DNA from: Bdellovibrionales bacterium
Lineage (GTDB): Bacteria; Bdellovibrionota; Bdellovibrionia; Bdellovibrionales; JAMPXM01
Length of the DNA: 10,577 bases
Direction: 5' to 3'
Assembly: GCA_043739185.1 (NCBI GenBank)
Contig: JAYUEN010000453.1
Location: 1 to 10,577 of the forward strand
Shown piece by piece: positions 1-7,673 of this stretch. A program made the translations under genes and the position numbers. Every line of letters begins with the position of its first letter. Position 1 is the first letter of the stretch. Under the pieces are notes generated by a model. It was not told where the DNA came from, ran no database searches, and saw only the letters and a program-made list of their open reading frames with translations.

Positions 1-2210
1 GAGATACTCTCTCCTAGCCAAGGCCTATAATAAAGCAAATCTCTTTGACCGCTAACGGCTCTAAAGAAAGTGATTGTTTTCTTTAGTTCAGAGCGAAACT
101 CAACTAAATAGTCATTCGCCTGCTTTTGAGGCAAATTACTTTGCTGTAAATAAATTTCAAAAATAGACAGATCAATCTTTTTAAGCGTAAAGCCAAGTTG
201 CTTTATATAAGATTGAAAGAAGTCGCTCTTTTTAAAATCCACGCATAGTCTAGATTTTTCTTTTTGAGATAGTAAGTTCCAGGCGGAACCTGCGCCCCAC
301 CAGGTTGGGAACAATATTCGAGTTTGAGTCCAGCACAGGATCCAGGGAATGGCTCTTAAGGACATCACCGAATGAATCTTACCGCGTTTGGTTGGGCGCG
401 AGCCAATCTTAATGGCTGAGAGATAGGAATAAGGAGTCACCTCTGCAATCATAGCTAAAAACTCACTTGAATTGACTTTGGCTTGGTAAAATTTCGACAT
501 CGATTTGCCAAATGCTTGAAGAGACTCTGGGACCGAAATAGGTTTGCGATTCAATCGGAGATTGTTTTCTGCCAGAGTGCCAATTTTTTCGAGTTGGCCG
601 CGAACAATTTCAGGAGTACTGAGGGTTCTTTCAACCATTTCACCTTGTATTGTGACTTTATATATCCAAAACGCACTTGCTGGCCACCAAGAGGTTTGTT
701 CTGAAATAGAGCCGCCGCCACGATCTACACTTCCTCCGGAGCCATGAAAAAAGACCGGGGTTACTTTAGCCTTTCTACAGAGCCGATCAATACCTTGAAT
801 GGCTTTGGCAATTTCAATTCGGCTTGCCAATACGCCGATTTCTTTCGAGGAGTCAGAATAGCCAAGCATGACTTCAAGTTGCTGGTTCCAATTTGTTTTG
901 ATGGCTCGACGTAATTTTTTATCCTTAAGAATGGATGTTACAATTTGAACAGAGTCTACGAGTGCTTGTTTTTGTTCAAAAAGTGGCACGATTGGTAATC
1001 GGGTACTACCCAAAAATCTTTGCATTAAAATGCGTGCGGCTCGAATATCATCAATAGAGTGCGTTTGACTAATGACGAAACTTCTGGCGTACCATCTGGG
1101 ATCGCCGCCCTTTGCAATATTTTTCATGACCGAAAACATTTTTGAAATCGCAAACTTAGGATTTTGAGATGCGGCAACTACGAGATCAGCGGACTCTCTA
1201 AACTCAAGCGGCACCACGAGCCCAGGGAAAATACTAAAAACCCTTTCAATCATTGAAAGTTCAGTCGACAATCCAAAATGATTTTTAATTTGATGTTTTA
1301 GAATATGAGTTAACTGAAGTTTCAGTTTTTTTACTTTTGCGGCATCTCTACTTTTGACGTTTTTAAGTTTTAAAAGATTTTTTCGAAGGGCCAAAATGTT
1401 TTTAAGTACGAGCCTTCGTTGTTCTAAATTTTTTGTGCCCGTTAAGGTCACGTTCGAATAAGATCTAAAACCTTCAAGATTATCGAGAATATATTTGATT
1501 AATAAACCGCGGGATATTTGAAAGCTTTGAAGCATGACTTTGGAATGAACGCCGGGATGGCCGTCTTTGTCACCCCCTACCCAGGTGTGAATATAGGTGG
1601 AATAGAGTTCGGGACCCGCTCGCAATATCACATCGAGGATTTCACGTTTTAAAAGAATCGAGAAAATATGTTCTGCTTCGTCACGCACATTTGGTTTTCG
1701 GTGACGAGTGATCGGAGTATGCCAAGCAATTTTGAGCAATGTCTTTAAAAATTCTGTTTGTGATTCAATGCCGACTTCAAGAGCACGTAAAAGAAGTTCA
1801 CCAATTTTTTGAAACAATTGAATGTTTTGTGGATTTCTAGCTTCAGTGGGATGGGCCGTTAAAACATAGACTATTGATCTTGGTTTTGTCTTAATTTCGA
1901 CTTTTTGATGTTGTTTTAAAGAATAGGTTCGATAGGCATTTTCGCACGCGTTCATCAATTCGAGCATCATTGAAAAAGCATGAGCAGTAATTCGCAAATT
2001 TGAAATGGGTGAGTCCACTAAATTTTGAAAGGTTTCATTTAATATACGGACTTTTTTTTGGTCATTTGCATTTCTTAAAAGAGTCATTCGATGTCGGATG
2101 GCTTCAATGAGTTCAAAATCGTGGGCAGAAGCTTCTTCGAAAATCACTTGTCCCAAAATTGCCACAGATTCATTTACTAAGCTTTTCAAGCGTTCCGGAA
2201 GGTGAGACAT
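1..2210 (-). CDS. ppc: Phosphoenolpyruvate carboxylase (bacterial/plant type), compact and divergent; 3' end lies outside the window
   Basis: Manual translation from ATG at 2210 (MSHLPERLKSLVNESVAILGQVI..., preceded by CAGGAAGAAA) gives ordered PEPC motifs in one frame: VLTAHPTE (His codon 1853-1851), TWVGGDKDGHP, LEFRES, IVPLFE, VMLGYSDSSKE, FFHGSGGSVDRGGG, TIQGE, IGSRPTKR, LRAIPWILCWTQTR and LLYYRPWLGESI at the window edge. 736 codons lie in the window. Confidence 0.95.
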   Translation of the reverse strand, partial: MSHLPERLKSLVNESVAILGQVIFEEASAHDFELIEAIRHRMTLLRNANDQKKVRILNETFQNLVDSPISNLRITAHAFSMMLELMNACENAYRTYSLKQHQKVEIKTKPRSIVYVLTAHPTEARNPQNIQLFQKIGELLLRALEVGIESQTEFLKTLLKIAWHTPITRHRKPNVRDEAEHIFSILLKREILDVILRAGPELYSTYIHTWVGGDKDGHPGVHSKVMLQSFQISRGLLIKYILDNLEGFRSYSNVTLTGTKNLEQRRLVLKNILALRKNLLKLKNVKSRDAAKVKKLKLQLTHILKHQIKNHFGLSTELSMIERVFSIFPGLVVPLEFRESADLVVAASQNPKFAISKMFSVMKNIAKGGDPRWYARSFVISQTHSIDDIRAARILMQRFLGSTRLPIVPLFEQKQALVDSVQIVTSILKDKKLRRAIKTNWNQQLEVMLGYSDSSKEIGVLASRIEIAKAIQGIDRLCRKAKVTPVFFHGSGGSVDRGGGSISEQTSWWPASAFWIYKVTIQGEMVERTLSTPEIVRGQLEKIGTLAENNLRLNRKPISVPESLQAFGKSMSKFYQAKVNSSEFLAMIAEVTPYSYLSAIKIGSRPTKRGKIHSVMSLRAIPWILCWTQTRILFPTWWGAGSAWNLLSQKEKSRLCVDFKKSDFFQSYIKQLGFTLKKIDLSIFEIYLQQSNLPQKQANDYLVEFRSELKKTITFFRAVSGQRDLLYYRPWLGESI

Positions 2211-2422
2211 TTTCTTCCTGTAGATTTGGCTGCAAAGGGCCAAGTGAAGTGTTGCAGAAAAATTCTTAATTTAAACATTAAAATTAGAGCTCTAGATTAA
2301 TATAGCGGTGTTTGGATCAGCAAGAATATTATGAGAAATCAGCCTGATAATGCATTAAAGCAAGCACTAAGTTCAGTCGAGTTAAATGCATTGAGACGAT
2401 TGAAACATTGTGAAATGCGAGG

Positions 2423-3292
2423 CTAAATGGTTTCGACCAAATCGATGATTGAAAAGGGCGAGTGGGTCGAAATTCGATTTGCTAAAATCTTAAGAGTGGC
2501 AACCGGCCCAATATTTACAAACTCCTTGATGCCTAAGGATTTATTCATCCATTGAAAGCTCTCTTGCCAGCGCACTTGACCTAAAATGTTTTGTTTCAAG
2601 TCATCTTGAATATTCTCGCTATTCAAAACTGTTCCGGGAGAAACCGAAGAGGTGATTGGGTAAATAGGTGGCGAAAAAGCTCGAGCTTTAAATACTTTCT
2701 CTAATTTGTCGTAAGCGGGCTTCATAAGAGGCGAATGCAGTGGATAGGGTAAAATAATTTGTTGTTTTGAGGCCCTGGCAATGCGATTTTCAGATTGCCA
2801 TTTTAGTAAATCCGCTTGTTTGCCTGCTATTAAACAATCATGATCAGTTTGATCCATGGCCATAAAAAGACCATACGCTAAGAGTCCTTCGTGAAATTCA
2901 ATCCCACGTTTCAACTCCGTTTTAATATGAATGATCGATCCCGGCTCGATATCCTTTAGGCCTTTAGTGAATTTTTCAATACCAACTAAGGCACCTTCTA
3001 TATCCATGGCCTTTGCACAAATGAGCTTTGCAAGATCGCCCATTGAGCAGCCAACCAATATTAGCTTACTTGAATTTTGTTTTAAAAAAGCTTGAAAAAG
3101 TCCAACTTGAGTAAGAACTGAAGCTGCTAAAGCAGGAAAGGGTTCAACATACATTTTTTCAAAGATTATATCCAAGCCTTGAAATAAGCCAAATTGTTCA
3201 AGTAGCTTTTGCACCTCTGGCACTGCCAAAGCTGAAAGTGTAAGTGGCATATCTGTCATGGCGTCAGCTCCGGCAAACATTACAGCTCTCAT
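2423..3292 (-). CDS. FabD/malonyl-CoA:ACP transacylase-fold acyltransferase, non-canonical (289 aa)
   Basis: GxSxG nucleophile elbow (GCSMG, 3052-3038), YPLHSPLM (catalytic His), VRWQES and FVNIGP match FabD/AT motifs. Start moved from GTG 3406 to ATG 3292 because GGAG lies just upstream and MRAVMFAG aligns with the FabD N-terminal strand. Confidence 0.8.
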   Translation of the reverse strand: MRAVMFAGADAMTDMPLTLSALAVPEVQKLLEQFGLFQGLDIIFEKMYVEPFPALAASVLTQVGLFQAFLKQNSSKLILVGCSMGDLAKLICAKAMDIEGALVGIEKFTKGLKDIEPGSIIHIKTELKRGIEFHEGLLAYGLFMAMDQTDHDCLIAGKQADLLKWQSENRIARASKQQIILPYPLHSPLMKPAYDKLEKVFKARAFSPPIYPITSSVSPGTVLNSENIQDDLKQNILGQVRWQESFQWMNKSLGIKEFVNIGPVATLKILANRISTHSPFSIIDLVETI

Positions 3293-3449
3293 AAATACTC
3301 CAAAATTATTGAACAATGGATTTAAAGTGCAAGCCTTAGCCTCAAACCTAAAATATGAATTGTCTAGGTTTTCTCTCGGCACGCTGCTGCAATAGCTTTG
3401 TGCCACTTCAACGGCTTTCGTCCGTGTTCGATGAGTTCACGAGGTTTTA

Positions 3450-3465
3450 TGGCTAGCTCCTTGCA
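3450..3465 (+). promoter_or_regulatory. Putative sigma54 (-24/-12) promoter for the lipoprotein gene
   Basis: TGGCTAGCTCCTTGCA: GG at 3451-3452 and GC at 3463-3464 with exact GG-N10-GC spacing and TTGCA at -12. The predicted start site (~3476) lies just before the Shine-Dalgarno sequence at ~3480-3485 and ATG 3492. Confidence 0.6.
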
Positions 3466-3491
3466 CTTCGCATTCGACCGGAGGTTCTAAT

Positions 3492-4970
3492 ATGAATAAA
3501 ATTACTTTAACCAATATTTCGCTCACCTTAATCCTAGCTTTCGGACTCTTTTCTTGTTCGAAAGAAAAAGCCGGTCCGGTAATGGACAGTTTTCATGTCG
3601 ATACGCCCGTGGTCTTAGCTCGCTTCAAAGTGCAATCTGGGCCTGGCCTAACAGAGCCACTCAAAATGAATCTCGATTCCAAAATGAAGGAGACACTTTA
3701 TCCATCGAGTGTGGTTGAAATTGAAGCTTTAAAAAATAATGATTTTGTTACAAATCCAATTTCACTCAATGTCATAGGGAACTGTCAAACGGGGTCAGCC
3801 ATTTACAATCTCCGAAAGATATTTTCAAATATAAAAAGTTTTCAACTCATCAGCTTATTTGATTTTAATATGGTTGTAGAGAATTCTCGTTCAAACTTAA
3901 CCAGTACTTGTTCGATGAATTTTGAATTTATTAATAAAAATGGTTCTACCGAAGTTTTTCGGTTCAAAGACATTCCAATCGGACCACTCATGAAAGAAGA
4001 TGTTGCGAATATCAATTTGGTTTCACATGACGAGCAGGGCGCGGAGTTTGATTCTCGACTTCCGATAGTTGGGGAGAATCGAAATGCCGGCGTGAAGTAT
4101 CCGCTGACTACCCAAACTCAAATAATTTTAAATTCACCTGCGGAGCCTCAATTAATGCTCGTCTGTGAGAATTTTATCAGTCAATTGAGCAGTAAGAAAC
4201 AAACCTATTATGCGTTATCGCAATTTGATTCTGCACGCCTTATTAAATTTAAAAACCTCTCTTCTTCATTCGGTGAAACAGATCCTCGAATAGCCATACC
4301 TGCTCAAGATTGTCGGATAATGACTGAATCAGCTGGGCCCGATTATCAACTGAAGTATAGTAGGCAATTTCGACTGGTTACAAAAAGCCCTGAATTGAAG
4401 GTTAAATTGAAATCAAATACAAAACTTTTTACGAATATTTCTAAAACGGGGGCCATTCAAGCGGGAAGTTCACCTGAAATTTTTCATATAGAAGTTTTTA
4501 ATCCTACCAATTCACCAATGACAATTGCCTTCGGCCAAATGAAAATGCAAGTGCTTGCAAGCCGTAACCCCGGTCAGAAGGAATATCGAGAAGGTTTCAC
4601 CCAGGATATGAGCATTCAAATTGAAGGGGGGCAATTTATTGGTCAAGATCCCGTTCTCGGAAAAGTCATCACGATATCTGCAATGGCCCATCTCAATGTT
4701 AGTTATTTACTTCCATTTGCAAACACTTGCCGTATTATTCAAATTGATGCTACTAACTTTGTGCCTCTGCCTAACTACGAAGAAATTTGGGCTCATAACC
4801 TTTCAAATTTAAGCATTATTCAGCTGGCGAATCCGGTGATCGATAACCTCACTTTTCATCCTGAATATTACAAAGTTTTTTATCAAACTGAAGAAGGGGC
4901 CATACCCGGAGCTAGTTGGACTACAGAAATCGGAAGTGGTTTGAATTGCGAAAACTTTCACTCTCAATAG
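3492..4970 (+). CDS. Large hypothetical lipoprotein (492 aa), apparently beta-rich with 6 Cys in the mature region besides the lipidated Cys
   Basis: Long ORF, GGAGGT RBS, basic N-terminus, hydrophobic stretch and lipobox LFS-C22. No recognisable catalytic motif. Confidence 0.8.
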   Translation: MNKITLTNISLTLILAFGLFSCSKEKAGPVMDSFHVDTPVVLARFKVQSGPGLTEPLKMNLDSKMKETLYPSSVVEIEALKNNDFVTNPISLNVIGNCQTGSAIYNLRKIFSNIKSFQLISLFDFNMVVENSRSNLTSTCSMNFEFINKNGSTEVFRFKDIPIGPLMKEDVANINLVSHDEQGAEFDSRLPIVGENRNAGVKYPLTTQTQIILNSPAEPQLMLVCENFISQLSSKKQTYYALSQFDSARLIKFKNLSSSFGETDPRIAIPAQDCRIMTESAGPDYQLKYSRQFRLVTKSPELKVKLKSNTKLFTNISKTGAIQAGSSPEIFHIEVFNPTNSPMTIAFGQMKMQVLASRNPGQKEYREGFTQDMSIQIEGGQFIGQDPVLGKVITISAMAHLNVSYLLPFANTCRIIQIDATNFVPLPNYEEIWAHNLSNLSIIQLANPVIDNLTFHPEYYKVFYQTEEGAIPGASWTTEIGSGLNCENFHSQ

Positions 4971-5072
4971 AGTCATCAAGCAAGTAGTAATTTTCGAAAG
5001 GTTTTCACTTGAAGGTGTGGGATTCTTATTTCCCATTGAAGTTTTTTGAATAAGATAAGTTGGGAGAGACAT

Positions 5073-5250
5073 TAGACCTCTTGCATATTAATCATGAGAT
5101 AAAATGAAGGAATCCGCTTCAGATCAAGGATTGAAAGTAAAAAAAGGCGAAGGATACAGAAAATGTATTTTGAGTCTTATTTTTGCCTGAAGACGCGGAG
5201 CTGGAGCGGATTACAAGGCTTTAGCCACGATTTAATATGCAAGAGGTTTA
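5073..5250. repeat. ~178-bp nested-palindromic element / MITE-like repeat, copy 1
   Basis: Terminal inverted repeats TAGACCTCTTGCATATTAA ... TTAATATGCAAGAGGTTTA, internal inverted repeats AATCCGCTTCAG/CTGGAGCGGATT and a central hairpin. About 90% identical to the reverse complement of 9381-9559. Confidence 0.92.
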
Positions 5251-5563
5251 TTGGTGCAAATTGGGGTCTCGCCCCAGAAGAGTCAGGTTCTTTGTTAGTG
5301 TAAACCCCTTCGTCAAATATCTAGCTGAAGTAAAATAGCATTTATTAAGGTCAGGTTGAAATTCGGCTAAATATAGATCGTCGTGATTTTGAACCAATTT
5401 GCTTTTTTGAAAGTAAATTTCAAAATTGAAAAGTTAAACTTACTTTGAAGCGCAGCCAAGTTGGCTTATAATTCAAACAGATTTTGGAACTGGCAGATTG
5501 CCTTTTTTTACTAGCCGCAAAGAACTTAGTCTCTCAATTTGAAAAAATATGTGATCAAAAAAA

Positions 5564-6154
5564 TTATGAGGCATTTTTCGCGCTATAATATGCTCGAGTA
5601 TACTGATAGCCAGAAACGATGCTCAAAGCAGCGCTGATCCAAAGCAGACTGATTCCCATATCGTGAGTGGGAAATCCAAAGATTGGGTTGTGAATGAGTA
5701 GGGCGGGAATTCCGACCATCTGCATGGCGGTCTTCCATTTGCCAGTATTTTTAGCAGAAATAATGACGCCGTCGGCAGCGGCAACTGATCTGATTCCACC
5801 AATAAAAATATCTCGTAGCAAAATTATGATCACCATAACAGGATGCACTCGACCAATAGGCAAGAGCATAATGAGCACACTTGAGACTAAGACTTTGTCA
5901 GCAATAGGGTCCATGAATTTACCCATGGTGCTTTCGGCTTGGTATTTGCGGGCGAGTGCTCCGTCAAACCAATCTGTAATACTGGCTATGGTAAATACTA
6001 TGGCCGCTCCACAGCCATTCCAATCCGTATACGGAAAGCTTAAAATAACAACGAGGATAGGACTCATAGCTATGCGCGCCCAAGTGAGCCACATTGGGAG
6101 CTGCTTTTTCCATTTAGGAATGATTTGCGGACTTTCTTCTTGGAGCATCTGCAT
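5564..6154 (-). CDS. pgsA: CDP-diacylglycerol--glycerol-3-phosphate 3-phosphatidyltransferase
   Basis: CDP-alcohol phosphotransferase signature DWFDGALARKYQAESTMGKFMDPIADK, plus LPMWLTWARI, LRDIFIGGIR, GKWKTAMQM and several TM helices. Start uncertain (ATG 6154 or 6148; track gives GTG 6196). Confidence 0.93.
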   Translation of the reverse strand: MQMLQEESPQIIPKWKKQLPMWLTWARIAMSPILVVILSFPYTDWNGCGAAIVFTIASITDWFDGALARKYQAESTMGKFMDPIADKVLVSSVLIMLLPIGRVHPVMVIIILLRDIFIGGIRSVAAADGVIISAKNTGKWKTAMQMVGIPALLIHNPIFGFPTHDMGISLLWISAALSIVSGYQYTRAYYSAKNAS

Positions 6155-6174
6155 ACTTAATCTAGACTCAGTTG

Positions 6175-6912
6175 ATGCTGTCAAGCACGAAGGCAAACTT
6201 AAGAAGGCGTCTAAGATTTTACGCGCATTTATTTAACGCAATTTTGCTTACTTCAGGCATTGCCTTGGCGGGAACCAAAGAAAAAGCCTTTTCACAATTT
6301 CCTCCCGAGCCCCTCAAATTTATTCGTGACAAAAAAGATTTAAAGCTCCTTTTGCAAGAAGAGCCCTCGGCTCAAGATATGCCGTTTTGGCGAAGTAAAA
6401 AAAACATTCACCGCAAGATGCTCGAAGAACGCTTGATCCCAGTATCTGTGAACCAATCTAAACTATCCGGAGGACTCATTGCCTTTGATGTTAAAGGGGC
6501 AGGCATAGTTCATTCGGCGCGAGAAGGTGCTTTTAAGACAGCTCAAGAATACGCAAAATTAACGCAAGTAAGCTCGCATTTTAAGAGTGCTTACTATGAT
6601 GAGAAAAATAAACAGCTGTTCTTGGCGGTTGAAGCTTTGGGCTATGAGACTCGAATGATCTTGGCAATCGATCTGGTTGCTCAGAAAAAGCGAAGTGAAA
6701 TTCAGTTCGAAGTGGTCTGGGGTGAGCTTAAAGGAATGACCGGAGCCATTGGCTTTGAGAATTTAAATGACGAGAGCTGTGAGGTATCGATTTTGTCTCA
6801 CTATCAGGCGACACAGTTTCCGCTGCCTAAGATTTTCATGGGCTTTGCATTTGAAGTACTCACCCAAAAGGTGGCCGAAAAAATGCGTAGTTTTATTGAG
6901 AGTGAGAGATAG
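6175..6912 (+). CDS. Hypothetical exported protein, possible START/SRPBCC-like fold
   Basis: ~245-aa ORF with a basic N-region and hydrophobic segment ending in IALA (signal-peptide-like). C-terminal pattern IQFEVVWGELKGMTG...LPKIFMGFAFEVLTQKVAEKMRSFIE resembles SRPBCC domains. Start codon uncertain. Confidence 0.6.
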   Translation: MLSSTKANLRRRLRFYAHLFNAILLTSGIALAGTKEKAFSQFPPEPLKFIRDKKDLKLLLQEEPSAQDMPFWRSKKNIHRKMLEERLIPVSVNQSKLSGGLIAFDVKGAGIVHSAREGAFKTAQEYAKLTQVSSHFKSAYYDEKNKQLFLAVEALGYETRMILAIDLVAQKKRSEIQFEVVWGELKGMTGAIGFENLNDESCEVSILSHYQATQFPLPKIFMGFAFEVLTQKVAEKMRSFIESER

Positions 6913-7016
6913 GTACGTTTTATTTGGTCGAAGACGATAGTATGATGTTTGCAGACTCAGATCTGAAAACAGATTGAGCGGACGCGAAGTTCAGTCTAGA
7001 AAGTGAATAATTGTGG

Positions 7017-7043
7017 CCGAATACTTCCGAATATGTTTGAATA
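7017..7043 (+). promoter_or_regulatory. Three GAATA-core direct repeats at exact 10-bp spacing upstream of the kinase-SLT operon (possible operator)
   Basis: CCGAATA (7017-7023), CCGAATA (7027-7033), TTGAATA (7037-7043). Confidence 0.35.
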
Positions 7044-7088
7044 TCTCTAAATTGAGTTGAGCTCTTAAGATTGGCATAGGTTTGTTCT

Positions 7089-7673
7089 ATGGATCTAATT
7101 AAAAAAGTAGAGCGATTTATAATTACTGGGGAAACAGTCGGTGATCAAAAAGAGGGTCTTTGGTTTTGTGAAGATCGTGGTCAGGTAAAGGGACGCTTGC
7201 CCCATTGGTTCAAATTACTTGAGGCTTGGACCCGAGATAATAATCAAGCATCACTAATTTCAGCAATTTTAGGTGAATTAGCAAACAATAGTTTTGATCA
7301 TAATCTTGGGAAATGGAAGGACACTCCTGGATGTATGATCGGGCTATCAATTCAATCAAAGGTAATACTCTTGGTAGCTGCCGATCGCGGCCAAGGAATT
7401 ATTTCTTCACTTGGCAAGCAATTGCCCGAAAAGACAACTCCTAAAGAAGTAATGAGAGTGGCGTTTGAAGAGAGAATTTCTGGCCGCGCTCCTGAACAGC
7501 GAGGAAATGGTCTCAAATTTATAAGGGAAGAAATGGATGGGCAGCATCATCGACTGTTTTGTCTTTCTGCTAATACAATTTATCAGAAAGGTGAATTGTC
7601 TTTTGACCTAAACTTAAAGGCTTTAAAGAAAGCGCCAGGAACTTTATCAGTCATTGAATGGAGCTTGTTATGA
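7089..7673 (+). CDS. Stand-alone GHKL/HATPase_c protein, RsbW/SpoIIAB-like putative Ser kinase (194 aa)
   Basis: N-box GELANNSFDH, G1 ADRGQGI, G2 RGNGL and C-terminal PGT strand. No TM segment, no evident HisKA H-box. Directly upstream of a STAS-like domain. Confidence 0.85.
   Translation: MDLIKKVERFIITGETVGDQKEGLWFCEDRGQVKGRLPHWFKLLEAWTRDNNQASLISAILGELANNSFDHNLGKWKDTPGCMIGLSIQSKVILLVAADRGQGIISSLGKQLPEKTTPKEVMRVAFEERISGRAPEQRGNGLKFIREEMDGQHHRLFCLSANTIYQKGELSFDLNLKALKKAPGTLSVIEWSLL

Noticed and set aside
483..747. Plus-strand ORFs 483-704 and 544-747
   Set aside because: Short, antisense to the conserved catalytic region of ppc, no motifs.
2348..2392. Two AATGCATT palindromes between ppc and the acyltransferase gene
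   Set aside because: Short AT-rich palindromes that could arise by chance; no supporting context.
4621..5072. ORFs 4621-4812 (+) and 4809-5072 (-)
   Set aside because: Alternative-frame or antisense overlaps of the lipoprotein gene with no recognisable features.
5262..5425. Small inverted repeats TGGGG-N5-CCCCA (5262-5276) and TTTTGAAA-N5-TTTCAAAA (5405-5425)
   Set aside because: Short, single-copy, no assignable function.
5492..5509. GGCAGATTGCC followed by a T-run as an intrinsic terminator
   Set aside because: Only a 4-bp stem and over 500 bp from the nearest plus-strand stop; too weak to call.
5694..6236. 180-aa plus-strand ORF
   Set aside because: Antisense shadow of pgsA; no independent signals.
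7071..7086. TTGGCATAGGTTTGTT as a sigma54 promoter; similar partial matches near 3328-3405
   Set aside because: GG-N10-GC spacing or the -12 GC is not met.
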